From Nanobdellota archaeon (GTDB lineage: Archaea; Nanobdellota; Nanobdellia; SCGC-AAA011-G17; JACPIM01), in assembly GCA_038046265.1 (NCBI GenBank), contig JBBSWN010000010.1, positions 7,693 through 71,692 on the forward strand: a stretch of DNA of 64,000 nt, given 5' to 3'. Positions 50,756-59,863 of this stretch are shown here, one piece after another. Each line of letters begins with the position of its first letter. Position 1 is the stretch's first letter. The translations under genes were made by a program, and so were the position numbers. The notes below the pieces were generated by a model that was given only the letters and a program-made list of their open reading frames with translations, searched no databases and was not told where the DNA came from.

Positions 50756-51241
50756 TTAATGCTCGTGCTTCTCCTGCTTTTTTTTCATATATAGTTCTGT
50801 TGTCTTTTTAATGCTTTCTTCTGTAGAGCCTGGTGTAAATTGGGGTGTATTTGTTGGGGTGGTGCTCTGGAGCTCTATTTTTAATTCTTCTTTATGCTCT
50901 GCATATGTTGTGTAAGTCTGGTATTCTTTGCCATGATGCTCTTCTAATTTAATGCCGTATAATTTTCCTATTTTTACCTTTTCCTTTTTTTCTTCTTCTA
51001 AATTTTCTGCTTCTTTTTTTACTAGAGTGTCAAGTTCTTTAGGTTCTTCTGTTTTTTTTGGCTCTTTTTTCGAGGATTCAAGATGTTCCTGCTCCAGCTC
51101 TGCTTTTTCTATCTGCTCTGTAATTATTCTTAAAAATTTCTTGTTTTTATTTTCCAGAAGGAGCTTTCTTAATTCTTTTTCCCTCTGCAAAGGATGCAAT
51201 TGTTCTATTCTCTTTATAGAGGGCTTTTTAGGTTTAGGCAT
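50756..51241 (-). CDS. hypothetical Lys/Glu-rich protein
   Basis: 161 aa, low complexity. Confidence 0.3.
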   Translation of the reverse strand: MPKPKKPSIKRIEQLHPLQREKELRKLLLENKNKKFLRIITEQIEKAELEQEHLESSKKEPKKTEEPKELDTLVKKEAENLEEEKKEKVKIGKLYGIKLEEHHGKEYQTYTTYAEHKEELKIELQSTTPTNTPQFTPGSTEESIKKTTELYMKKKQEKHEH

Positions 51242-51285
51242 AAATAAGGCATAGCTTTAGAATATATAAACTCTTTTGGAATAGT

Positions 51286-51633
51286 TTACACTAAATTTAC
51301 AAATTCTTTCTTTATTTCTTCAAAAGTTACTGTGTTTATTTTTCCTATACTTTTTCTAACGATGCTTTTGTCCAAAGTAAAAAGTTTGTCCACTTTTACC
51401 CTGCTTGTAACCGGAATCTGGCCTTTTGATAGATTTTTGTTTTCTAATATAACTGAGTTTTCTGAATCTTTTAAGTTTGAGGTAATCCCACAAGTTATTA
51501 TATCTTCTGTCCGGCTATTATATTCCTTTTTAGATAAGACGACAACTGGTCTTTGTTTTATAGAGCTTAAATCGGAAAATGGAAAAGGAACTATTAATAT
51601 TTCCCCCCGTTCATATATTGTTCCAAATGTCAT
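51286..51633 (-). CDS. mazF: MazF/PemK-family toxin
   Basis: RGEILIVPFPFSD....KQRPVVVLS....CGITSN pattern. Confidence 0.65.
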   Translation of the reverse strand: MTFGTIYERGEILIVPFPFSDLSSIKQRPVVVLSKKEYNSRTEDIITCGITSNLKDSENSVILENKNLSKGQIPVTSRVKVDKLFTLDKSIVRKSIGKINTVTFEEIKKEFVNLV

Positions 51634-51844
51634 CTTCTTTGTTGCTCCATAATTTTTCAGCTACTTTTTCAGAATGCTTTAATAAATCCCTAAAATCAGA
51701 TTCCTTAACTTTTTCCAATAAAATTACTCTTCCTTTTTTTATTAAAACTAGTTCATCTCCCTTTTTTATGCCTGCTGACTCCCGAAAACTAACAGGCAAG
51801 GAGATTTGTCCTTTATCTGAAACTTTTACTATTTTTGTTTCCAT
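51611..51844 (-). CDS. mazE: MazE/AbrB-type antitoxin
   Basis: KVSDKGQISLPVSFRESAGIKKGDEL swapped hairpin; overlaps the toxin gene by 23 nt. Confidence 0.6.
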   Translation of the reverse strand: METKIVKVSDKGQISLPVSFRESAGIKKGDELVLIKKGRVILLEKVKESDFRDLLKHSEKVAEKLWSNKEDDIWNNI

Positions 51845-51889
51845 AAGTATGTAAGAATTTCCTTACTTATATATTTTTTGATTATATAA

Positions 51890-53485
51890 TTATAATGGTG
51901 TAATATATCCGTGGGATTTTTTGTAAACATCATACAAGATCCAGGCCATGCTTCCAGCTTCTGACTTCGCCTTGTCTTTTTCAGATTCTTCTTCTGCTTT
52001 TTTTAACGGGAGCTTGTCTTTCTTTTTTTCAGATTTAATGTTCAGAATTTCTTTAAAACCATCAAAAATAGACTTAAATGGATCTAGGAAACCTTCCTGC
52101 GGTTTTTGCTCTTTTATATGGAGAATTGCTCCATCTACTGTGCCTGCTTTTTTTAATGCTTCAACTGCTTTTTCTTTTTTTACACCTGTTTTTTCCATGA
52201 CCTCAATTACCTCTTCTTTTAGAACAGGGATGTTTTTTTCATTTGACTCATTCAGGTATTTTGTGATTTCATCTTTCATTGACATTAAAGATGACTCCAA
52301 GGAAGTCATTATTGCAATGTCATCTTCTTCTATTTTCTTTTTATAATCTTCAATCTGCTGCATTGTTGAAACATAGCCCTTGACATAAATTTCTGTTCTT
52401 CCTAGATGGACAGCTCCTCTTTGATATTCTTTCTGGTAAGCCATTTCAGGAAGAGCAATAAATTTTATTCTAATGTGTATGCAAGGGAAGTATTTTTTGA
52501 ATTCTCTTTCAATCTCAAATCCATTTGGGGTAGTTTCTGTGTAATTTTTTCTTATTCCTAATAATTCAACTTCAATTTTATTTGTTTCAAAAGTACTCAA
52601 CAAATGAGGGTCTTCAGTTTCACGGGACATTTCCAACTGCTTAATGTTTCTTAAGTAAGGCTTGACCCAGCTAATGTACATTCTTATTGTGTTAAAATGC
52701 TGCCTTAAATAAGCCAAGACAAAATTTCTTCTGTCTGCAATTTCTTTTTCTGTTTTTTCCTTCCAGTCAATAAACTGGTATAATTTCCTTGCCAATACTT
52801 CACGGACTTTTACATTAATCCCATCTTTACTTAAACCAGTAACTAAAAGGTCAACATCTTTTACATCTTTTGGGTGAATTCTGTAAAACAAGTCTGGAAG
52901 AATTACAAAACCAACTTGAGATGCAAGGCCTGTAACTGAGCCGGGATTTTTTGCCCCTCCTTCAACTAAGTCAACCCAAACTGATTTTAGAGCTACACTT
53001 GCTGAATGACTTTTATCATTATAGCCTTTATAATAAGCAAGCCTTTCATCAAGAATTCTTAATTCCCTGATTATTTGGAACATGTCTTTTGTCATTTTTC
53101 CAACTGTTGCAAGGTATGTAGATACTTTTTCCTGCTGGATTGCTTTTCTTTGCTCTATTGAACCCCACATGCTTGATGCTTCGCCTGCTGCAAACATGTC
53201 TTTTAATTTTAAAACCTGGCCTGTTTTTCCTGACAACTTCAAGCCAAAGTCTTCTTTTGTTTCCATAAACCTAAGAATCCAGTAATAATTAGCTTCAACA
53301 CCGCCTTTTAATTCATCAATAATTAGCCTGCAGCCTTCTTTTGGGCAGTATTTTGGCTTTACTTCATCACCTAACTTAACTTCTTTTTTTTCCTCTTCTG
53401 GCTTTTTAGCACCAAATAAACCTTCTAGAAGTTTTTCCCTGAATGAAGAATGTTCTTCTTTTTTTTCCTCTACTTCCTGAACCAT
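51890..53485 (-). CDS. hypothetical 531-aa protein with a UBA-like segment
   Basis: VMEKTGVKKEKAVEALKKAGTVDGAILHIK resembles the NAC-alpha UBA tail; no other motif recognised. Confidence 0.35.
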   Translation of the reverse strand: MVQEVEEKKEEHSSFREKLLEGLFGAKKPEEEKKEVKLGDEVKPKYCPKEGCRLIIDELKGGVEANYYWILRFMETKEDFGLKLSGKTGQVLKLKDMFAAGEASSMWGSIEQRKAIQQEKVSTYLATVGKMTKDMFQIIRELRILDERLAYYKGYNDKSHSASVALKSVWVDLVEGGAKNPGSVTGLASQVGFVILPDLFYRIHPKDVKDVDLLVTGLSKDGINVKVREVLARKLYQFIDWKEKTEKEIADRRNFVLAYLRQHFNTIRMYISWVKPYLRNIKQLEMSRETEDPHLLSTFETNKIEVELLGIRKNYTETTPNGFEIEREFKKYFPCIHIRIKFIALPEMAYQKEYQRGAVHLGRTEIYVKGYVSTMQQIEDYKKKIEEDDIAIMTSLESSLMSMKDEITKYLNESNEKNIPVLKEEVIEVMEKTGVKKEKAVEALKKAGTVDGAILHIKEQKPQEGFLDPFKSIFDGFKEILNIKSEKKKDKLPLKKAEEESEKDKAKSEAGSMAWILYDVYKKSHGYITPL

Positions 53486-53555
53486 TAATTCACCTTTTTA
53501 CAAATAATTTATATACTGCCTGGCTTTTAAATTTATCTAAAGAAAAAGAAGTAAA

Positions 53556-53993
53556 ATGGACAAGAAATACTTAAGCATAGTATTATTAGTGATTTTAGTT
53601 GATTATGTATTAAAGATTACATCACAAGACAAAGTAAGGAATTACGGAGCTGCTTTTAATTTACTGGAAGATTATGGTTTTTTACTGATTTTTATTTCTG
53701 TTTTTGCTTTAGCCTTGTTTTTTTATTTGTTTTACAAGCATGAAGAATATAGACTGGGGCTGAGTTTTTTAATTGGCGGGACTTTGAGCAATTTGCTGGA
53801 CAGGGTTTTATTGGGGTATGTTGTTGATTATATATTTTTTTCAGATTTTTTTACATCTAATTTAGGTGATTTAGCTAATGTTATAGGGATAGTGATAATA
53901 TTTTTTTCATTTTTTAAAAGTCCAATAAAGAAAGAAGAAGAGCACAAAGTTTTGAAAAAAGATGTAAGAAAAAGATACGGGAATAGAGTTTAA
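53556..53993 (+). CDS. lspA: lipoprotein signal peptidase (signal peptidase II)
   Basis: NYGAAFNLL (N.GaAF), GGTLSNLLDRV (GGalgNliDR), GYVVDY (VVDf), NLGDLANVIG (FNlAD) boxes; four TMs. Confidence 0.6.
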   Translation: MDKKYLSIVLLVILVDYVLKITSQDKVRNYGAAFNLLEDYGFLLIFISVFALALFFYLFYKHEEYRLGLSFLIGGTLSNLLDRVLLGYVVDYIFFSDFFTSNLGDLANVIGIVIIFFSFFKSPIKKEEEHKVLKKDVRKRYGNRV

Positions 53994-54409
53994 TGCTTAG
54001 GTAGAAAATTTTGAATAATGCTGTTTTTGCAGAAACCACAACCAAGGAAATTGTTTTTGTTTTTTATAATGAACCAGCCTTTTAATTCTTTGTTCCAAGG
54101 CAAGTTTTTTCCGTTTAACCAGTCTTCTGTGTTTTCAATTTCCAGGATGTTTTTGCTTGAGTGTTTTCCTATTAACTGAGAGCCTGACAAACTTAGTCTC
54201 AAGCCTGTTTTTTCTATTTCTCCAAAGTATAATCCGAAAGAGTTTACCCTAAACTTACTTAAGTCCAGTTTTTTTATATCTTTTGACATCAAGAAAATTT
54301 TATTTTCTTTATTTAAGTAGAACAAATAGTCTAGTTTTTCAGAAAAACCAAACTGCTCTTTAAGTTTATTGTGAATTTCCTTTACTTCCTTGTTATTTAG
54401 GGGTTTCAT
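53990..54409 (-). CDS. hypothetical; possible Nip7/PUA-like RNA-binding protein
   Basis: FGLYFGEIEKTGLRLSLSGSQLIG resembles the Nip7 G.YFGkf.K.GkfRL segment. Confidence 0.3.
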   Translation of the reverse strand: MKPLNNKEVKEIHNKLKEQFGFSEKLDYLFYLNKENKIFLMSKDIKKLDLSKFRVNSFGLYFGEIEKTGLRLSLSGSQLIGKHSSKNILEIENTEDWLNGKNLPWNKELKGWFIIKNKNNFLGCGFCKNSIIQNFLPKH

Positions 54410-54410
54410 T

Positions 54411-54671
54411 TTAATGTTTATTTTTATATATTTTCTTTCTATTATCTATTACCTGGATTCTTAGGATTTTGTTAGAGAAGTCAATATCAACTAACGCACG
54501 AAATTCCCCAATTCTATATTTGTAATAATCTTCCCCCTCAAAATGCTCTAAAAAATGAAATGGGTTTTCTGTTTTAAGCTTTTCAAGACCTTTTCTTAAT
54601 CTTTCAGAGATGGAATTATCTTGCTTTCTTAAAAATTTTTGAACATCTTGAGACAATAAAACACGCCACAT
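54411..54671 (-). CDS. relE: RelE/ParE-family toxin
   Basis: YYKYRIGEFRALVDIDFSNKILRIQVIDNRKKIY matches the yRlRvGdyRiiy...i.il.i.hRk.iY C-terminal core. Confidence 0.6.
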   Translation of the reverse strand: MWRVLLSQDVQKFLRKQDNSISERLRKGLEKLKTENPFHFLEHFEGEDYYKYRIGEFRALVDIDFSNKILRIQVIDNRKKIYKNKH

Positions 54672-54838
54672 TATAATTCAATATATTCTGATTCAGAAGA
54701 GTTTCTTGCTTCCTTTAGTCTTTTTTTTGCTTCTTCAGTTAATTCGCCTTCTTCAGAGAGTATGTGCTTAATTACAGAAATGTCTTTCTTCAATGTTTTT
54801 ATATCCTTGTAAATTTGCTCTAAATTCGGCTGTTTCAT
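54671..54838 (-). CDS. cognate antitoxin (56 aa, helical); start moved to the internal ATG
   Basis: MKQPNLEQIYKDIKTLKKD...; stop overlaps the relE start; the listed longer ORF adds an implausible N-terminal extension. Confidence 0.45.
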   Translation of the reverse strand: MKQPNLEQIYKDIKTLKKDISVIKHILSEEGELTEEAKKRLKEARNSSESEYIEL

Positions 54839-54920
54839 ATGTTTATTGTAGTTTTTTTGTTTATATCTTTTTCTATTAAAATAAGTTAACTTTAAAAATT
54901 CTTCAGTTTTACTTTGGAAT

Positions 54921-56564
54921 ATGAAAGAGGTTATATTAAAGTATGCTCTGCAGAATGCTGTAAAATATGATGGAAAGGCAAATTTGGGAGCTGTTATAGG
55001 AAAGGTTTTTTCTGAGCTTAAAGATGCTGACAAAAACAAAGTTATAGAAGAGGCTAAAAAAGCAGTTAATGAAGTGAATTCTTTAAAATTAAGTGAGCAA
55101 TTAAAAAAACTTCAGGAAATAGCGCCTGAATTATTAGAAGAAAAGAAAGTTGAGCAAAAAAGAGAGATTCCTGATTTAGAAAATGCTGAAAAAGGGAAAG
55201 TTGTGATGAGGTTTGCTCCAAATCCAAATGGACCTTTATCTTTAGGAAGAACAAGACCTGCTTTTTGGAATTATATCTTTGCTCAAAAATATAAGGGTAA
55301 ATTTTTGTTGAGAGCGGATGATACAGATCCAAAAGTAAAAGTTCCGATGAAAGAAGCTTACAAATGGATTTTAGATGACTTAAAATTTTTGGGAATAAAA
55401 CCAGACAAAACAATAATTCAGTCAAAAAGACTGAAAATTTATTATAAATATGCTGAAAAATTAGTTAAAGAGGATAAGGCCTATGTATGCATTTGTGATG
55501 TTGAAGAGTGGAGAAAGTTAATTCAAAAGTCAATGGAGTGCAAATGCAGATCTTTACCTGTTAATGAGCAAGTAAAAAGATGGAAATTTATGTTTACAAA
55601 GTACAAAGAAGGAGAGGCAGTATTTAGGATAAAGACAGATATTGATGCTCCAAATCCAGCTTTACGAGACTGGCCTGCATTTAGAATTGTAGCTAAATCA
55701 AGACATCCATTAAATAAAAAAGCAAGAGTATGGCCATTATTGAATTTTGCTTCTGCTATAGATGATTATGAATTAGGAGTTACTCACATACTCCGAGGGA
55801 TTGACTTAAAAATTTCAGATGAAAGGCAAGGATATATTTACAAGTATTTTGGGTGGAAATATCCAGAGACAATGTATCATGGAAAGTTATTGGTAAAAGG
55901 TATTAAGAGCACTTCACAATCTAAGAAATTAATCCAGGAAGGAAAATTAAATGGGTGGGATGATCCAAGATTAGGGACAATTCAGTCTTTGAAAAGAAGA
56001 GGATTTAAGGCTGATGCAATTAAAAGACTTCACTTGGAAATTGGGCTGGGAAAATCAGATATTCACGTTTCTTTAGATACTTTAAGTTCATTTAACAAGG
56101 AAATTATTGACAAGGAGACAAACAGGTATTTTTTCACTGAAAATCCGAAGAAAATAAAGATTAAGAATGCTCCTAAATTAAAAACGAAAATAGAGCTTCA
56201 TCCTGACTTTCCCAAGAAGGGGTTTAGGAATTTTGAGACTAGTGATGAGTTTTATGCTGAAGAAAACTTTGAGAAAGACAAATATTACAGATTTATGCAC
56301 TTGTTTAATTTTAAAGACAATGAATTTTATTCTGTTGAGTTAAACAAGGATTTAAATGCAAAATTAATCCATTGGCTTCCTGTTTCAAAAGATTTAGTTA
56401 ATGTAGAAGTAGTTATGGATGATGCTTCTATTGTCAAAGGTTTAGGTGAGAAGGATTTAAAAAAAGTCAAAGTTGGGCAGATAGTGCAGTTTGAGAGGAA
56501 ATATTTTGTGAAATGCGACAAAAAGGAGAAAGATAAAATAACTTTTTATTTTTTACATCGATGA
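54921..56564 (+). CDS. gltX: archaeal-type glutamyl-tRNA synthetase homologue with degenerate HIGH motif
   Basis: RFAPNPNGPLSLGRTRPAF...LLRADDTDP aligns to archaeal GluRS RFAPNPSGPLHLGHARAA...LRIEDTDP; VTHILRGIDL against THV(I/L)RGxDH. Confidence 0.6.
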   Translation: MKEVILKYALQNAVKYDGKANLGAVIGKVFSELKDADKNKVIEEAKKAVNEVNSLKLSEQLKKLQEIAPELLEEKKVEQKREIPDLENAEKGKVVMRFAPNPNGPLSLGRTRPAFWNYIFAQKYKGKFLLRADDTDPKVKVPMKEAYKWILDDLKFLGIKPDKTIIQSKRLKIYYKYAEKLVKEDKAYVCICDVEEWRKLIQKSMECKCRSLPVNEQVKRWKFMFTKYKEGEAVFRIKTDIDAPNPALRDWPAFRIVAKSRHPLNKKARVWPLLNFASAIDDYELGVTHILRGIDLKISDERQGYIYKYFGWKYPETMYHGKLLVKGIKSTSQSKKLIQEGKLNGWDDPRLGTIQSLKRRGFKADAIKRLHLEIGLGKSDIHVSLDTLSSFNKEIIDKETNRYFFTENPKKIKIKNAPKLKTKIELHPDFPKKGFRNFETSDEFYAEENFEKDKYYRFMHLFNFKDNEFYSVELNKDLNAKLIHWLPVSKDLVNVEVVMDDASIVKGLGEKDLKKVKVGQIVQFERKYFVKCDKKEKDKITFYFLHR

Positions 56565-57151
56565 TAGACTTACAATCTTTTATTTTGAATTACATCAATG
56601 ATTTTTCATATTTTGGAGTATTTTTATTAGCAATGATTATTTCTTTAATACCGTTGCCAGAGGAACTATTTTTGCTGCTTGCAGGATATTTTTCAGGGAA
56701 GGGTTTTGCAGAACTTGACAAAGTAATTTTGACAGCTTATTTGGGGATTTTGGCAGGAGACAATATCTTGTTTTTTTTATACAAGAGAACAAGCTATTTG
56801 CATAAGTCTTATACAAGATATATAAAGTTCAGGCTTAAAAAATGGAAAAAATTTATGAAAGAGCATCATGGAAAGAGCATTTTTTTATTAAGGTTTATTT
56901 TGGGAGTGAGGTTTGTAGGGCCTTTAATGGCGGCAACTATGAAAATTAAATGGAGCACTTTCCAGATTTATAATTTTTTTGCTGTCTCTGTTCTTGTTCC
57001 TTTGTATATTTTAATAGGATATTTTTCAAGCAATTTTTTTGCTGTTGTAATAAGGGATGTTTTGATTGCAAAATATATTTTACTAAGTTTGATTGGATTA
57101 ATTATCATATTACCTTATTTATTTTTCCTGAAAAGATTTTTTAAGAATTAG
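56561..57151 (+). CDS. DedA-family membrane protein
   Basis: Re-entrant-helix region ...LAGYFSGKG...GILAGDNILFFL typical of DedA/SNARE-associated proteins. Confidence 0.5.
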   Translation: MIDLQSFILNYINDFSYFGVFLLAMIISLIPLPEELFLLLAGYFSGKGFAELDKVILTAYLGILAGDNILFFLYKRTSYLHKSYTRYIKFRLKKWKKFMKEHHGKSIFLLRFILGVRFVGPLMAATMKIKWSTFQIYNFFAVSVLVPLYILIGYFSSNFFAVVIRDVLIAKYILLSLIGLIIILPYLFFLKRFFKN

Positions 57152-57576
57152 AACTTTTTTCTAAGTTCCAGACCAGCACAAATAAATGACATCTGCATCA
57201 AAATCTGAAATAATTCTTTTGACGCTTCAAGAACTTCCCCTATATTTTTACTGTTTTTTATTTTGTAAAAGTATGTATTGCAGGAGTTGAGCAAATTTGG
57301 TAAATTTCTTATTCCTAGACCCTTGGCTACCAGATCCTTTACTTTATTTCTGTTTATTCCTGTACACTCAGAAATATCCTTTATAGCTTTCGTAATTGCT
57401 TCATCTAGGTTTCTCAAGAACACGAAATCGTAAGGAGCAAGATCTTTTTTTCCTGTTGTTTCGGAATCTCTATACCTTTCAGTTAATTCAACAGCAGCAA
57501 TATTTATTTTTTTCATTGATTTTGTAAGAAGATCAATCAATAATTCATCTTTTTCTTCTTCCATATTGCTCACCAT
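57148..57576 (-). CDS. hypothetical protein
   Basis: 142-aa ORF. Confidence 0.3.
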   Translation of the reverse strand: MVSNMEEEKDELLIDLLTKSMKKINIAAVELTERYRDSETTGKKDLAPYDFVFLRNLDEAITKAIKDISECTGINRNKVKDLVAKGLGIRNLPNLLNSCNTYFYKIKNSKNIGEVLEASKELFQILMQMSFICAGLELRKKF

Positions 57577-57610
57577 TCAAATAATTTGTAATTTTTTTGT
57601 TTATAAAGAT

Positions 57611-58213
57611 TTATATCAGGAAGATTTTGAATCCTGTCCTGAACAAGTAAATTACAGTGCCAGCAACTAGAGGGACTATGAAATTATCATCTATGTCTGA
57701 GACTCCAATTTTAAACCCTGCTCCCTCTACTATCATTGCAAACAAACTTGCAAAAAAGCCTTCTGTTAGATTTACGAATACTATAGAGCCAAGAAAAGCA
57801 AATAGCATTCCTGCCAAGATACCCTCCAGTTTTTTTAAGCCATTGAATGCTAATTTTGTTTTTCCCAGAAACTGGCCGACTAAATAAGAAACTGAGTCTC
57901 CAAATGTCAAGATCATTATAGATGCCAGGGCTATATCTTCTGGAAACAACTTTATTGCCAACAAAGCGCCTCCTAAAAAAAAGATCATTCCTTTAAACGG
58001 GAATTTTTTAATGTATTTTTCTCTCTCAAAGTTTTTTAATAAGAAATTTGCTATGGGCAACTTGAATTTCATGCTTATTAAAGATATTATTCCAAAGAAA
58101 ATTATAAGGAAGAAAATGTATTTTTGTGTCAAGATTCCATAGTTATATGCAATTACTATAAACAAGCCTGTAAATAAATGAGCTATTTTTCTCTTGACTT
58201 CTAAATTATCCAT
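57611..58213 (-). CDS. CTP-dependent polyprenol (dolichol) kinase / CdsA-family-like membrane protein
   Basis: Polytopic; LTFGDSVSYLVGQFLGKTK resembles the DolK/CdsA-family GDs.aS.vGr..G motif. Confidence 0.45.
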   Translation of the reverse strand: MDNLEVKRKIAHLFTGLFIVIAYNYGILTQKYIFFLIIFFGIISLISMKFKLPIANFLLKNFEREKYIKKFPFKGMIFFLGGALLAIKLFPEDIALASIMILTFGDSVSYLVGQFLGKTKLAFNGLKKLEGILAGMLFAFLGSIVFVNLTEGFFASLFAMIVEGAGFKIGVSDIDDNFIVPLVAGTVIYLFRTGFKIFLI

Positions 58214-58224
58214 CTTGATTTATA

Positions 58225-58752
58225 TTAAAAAAGCCTTATTATATTCTTTCCTATTATCAGGCCTAGTATAATTCCCCCAATTATGTCAGACAAGTAATGC
58301 ACCCCCAAATATATTCTTGAAAAGGCAACCAACAATGAAAGGAAAAGCCAGATGTGTTTTATTTCCTTAAATTCCTTATAAATTATCGGGAGCAGGGCAA
58401 ACATTATTATTGTGTGGCCTGAGGGAAAAGATGATGATGCTGTTTCTATTAAGTTTATTAAAGGCCTAGGTCTTTGAATTATTAGTTTTAGGATGTAAAC
58501 CAGAAAACCAGCTGACAAAAAAGACAACCATAGTTTTGCAAGGTTTTTTAGTTTATTGCTTTTGAATAAAGGTATTATAATTATTATTAGTGCTAGAAGA
58601 TAATAATTAAAGTATTTTGAGAAAAAAATAAAAAAAGAGTTTAAGATATCAATTCTAATAAATTTAATTAAATCAATAATAAACTTATCTATATAAAAAC
58701 TTACGATTAAAGACATTAGCAATACTGATATTAGTTTTAAGGATATTTTCAT
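58225..58752 (-). CDS. PAP2-family phosphatase (polyprenyl-pyrophosphate phosphatase-like)
   Basis: KxxxxxxRP (IIQRPRP), PSGH (SFPSGHT) and SRxxxxxHxxxD (SRIYLGVHYLSD) motifs. Confidence 0.65.
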   Translation of the reverse strand: MKISLKLISVLLMSLIVSFYIDKFIIDLIKFIRIDILNSFFIFFSKYFNYYLLALIIIIIPLFKSNKLKNLAKLWLSFLSAGFLVYILKLIIQRPRPLINLIETASSSFPSGHTIIMFALLPIIYKEFKEIKHIWLFLSLLVAFSRIYLGVHYLSDIIGGIILGLIIGKNIIRLF

Positions 58753-58793
58753 TCCTTAGAAAGCATTATAAATTTTTATAAACTTAACTCTTT

Positions 58794-59315
58794 TTGATGA
58801 TATATTTAAAGGTTCTTGGGATTAGACTTTTTGGTGCTTTATTTGCAGCTATTTTTGGAACTTACATAGTTTACTTTTTAATGACTCTGCCTACTTTTTA
58901 TGCTTCTTATTTAAGCCTGATTTTTTATGAACCAATGATTTTTGGGAATTTTTTGATTATTAATGACATTAAGATGGAGTTTATTCCTGCTTGCATTGCT
59001 GCTTCTGCATATGTTTTATTTGCTATCTTAATTTTACTGACAAAGGATATTAAATTTTATAAAGGACTGAAAATGCTTTTACTTGGAAGTTTAATTTTAT
59101 TTTTTGTCAACATTATAAGGATATTTATATTGGCTGTTGCCTTGATTGAATTTGACAAGAGGTGGTTTGACACTTTGCATTTGTTTTTTTGGCAGATTTT
59201 CTCAACTATTTTTGTTGTTTTGACATGGATTTATTTAACTAAGAAATTTAAAGTGAAGACAATTCCTGTTTATTCTGACTTTATGCATTTAAGGAAGATT
59301 ATCGAGGTTAAATGA
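58794..59315 (+). CDS. small polytopic membrane protein (5 TM), function unknown
   Basis: Hydrophobic profile; the Cys(IPACIAAS)...Arg(VNIIRIF) spacing is faintly exosortase/archaeosortase-like. Confidence 0.35.
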   Translation: MMIYLKVLGIRLFGALFAAIFGTYIVYFLMTLPTFYASYLSLIFYEPMIFGNFLIINDIKMEFIPACIAASAYVLFAILILLTKDIKFYKGLKMLLLGSLILFFVNIIRIFILAVALIEFDKRWFDTLHLFFWQIFSTIFVVLTWIYLTKKFKVKTIPVYSDFMHLRKIIEVK

Positions 59316-59367
59316 TTTAATAAAATGTTATCGAAAATTTAATAAATATAAGGAGATAATATTGTTT

Positions 59368-59499
59368 ATGATAGAGATAGTCCAATTATCACAGTTATTG
59401 TTAAGTATAAGTTTGGCAATTACAGCATTGAAGAAAGATTTTACTGTTGCAACTATAATTATGATTCTTCTATTTGTTGTTTTATATTTAGTAAGATAA
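59368..59499 (+). CDS. possible 43-aa hydrophobic micro-protein
   Basis: AAGGAG 7 nt upstream of the ATG; MIEIVQLSQLLLSISLAITALKKDFTVATIIMILLFVVLYLVR. Confidence 0.2.
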   Translation: MIEIVQLSQLLLSISLAITALKKDFTVATIIMILLFVVLYLVR

Positions 59500-59570
59500 A
59501 GGAAAATCAAATTTGCCTAATTATAGTTTTTAGGAAAAGATTTATATATTACTTGGTATTACTAGGTAAT

Positions 59571-59828
59571 ATGGAGACTGTGAGTTTAAAACTAGATGGG
59601 AAGTTTGCTAAGAACATGGAGAGGGTTATGAAAGAAAATAATTATACTACCAAAACTGAGTTTATAAGAGAAGCTGTTAGAGATAAGATTAAGAAACTTG
59701 AGATAGAACAAGCTTTAGAAAGAGCAAGAAAGTTATTTGGTGCGTCTAGATTAAAAACTACAGATGAAAAAAGACATAAAGCTGGAGAGATGGCTGTTTT
59801 GGAATTAGAAAAGGAATTCGGTTTATAA
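59571..59828 (+). CDS. ribbon-helix-helix (CopG/Arc/MetJ-like) regulator
   Basis: METVSLKLDGKFAKNMERVMKENNYTTKTEFIREAVRDKI beta-strand plus two helices; the listed TTG at 59553 is a possible alternative start. Confidence 0.45.
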   Translation: METVSLKLDGKFAKNMERVMKENNYTTKTEFIREAVRDKIKKLEIEQALERARKLFGASRLKTTDEKRHKAGEMAVLELEKEFGL

Positions 59829-59863
59829 CTCTTCTGTAAAATCTTACGGAAATTTCGGAAGAT

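Noticed and set aside
58794-59315. Prepilin peptidase (FlaK/PibD) for the pilin-like genes
   Set aside because: No paired catalytic Asp motifs (D...GxGD-like). Kept as an unknown membrane protein.
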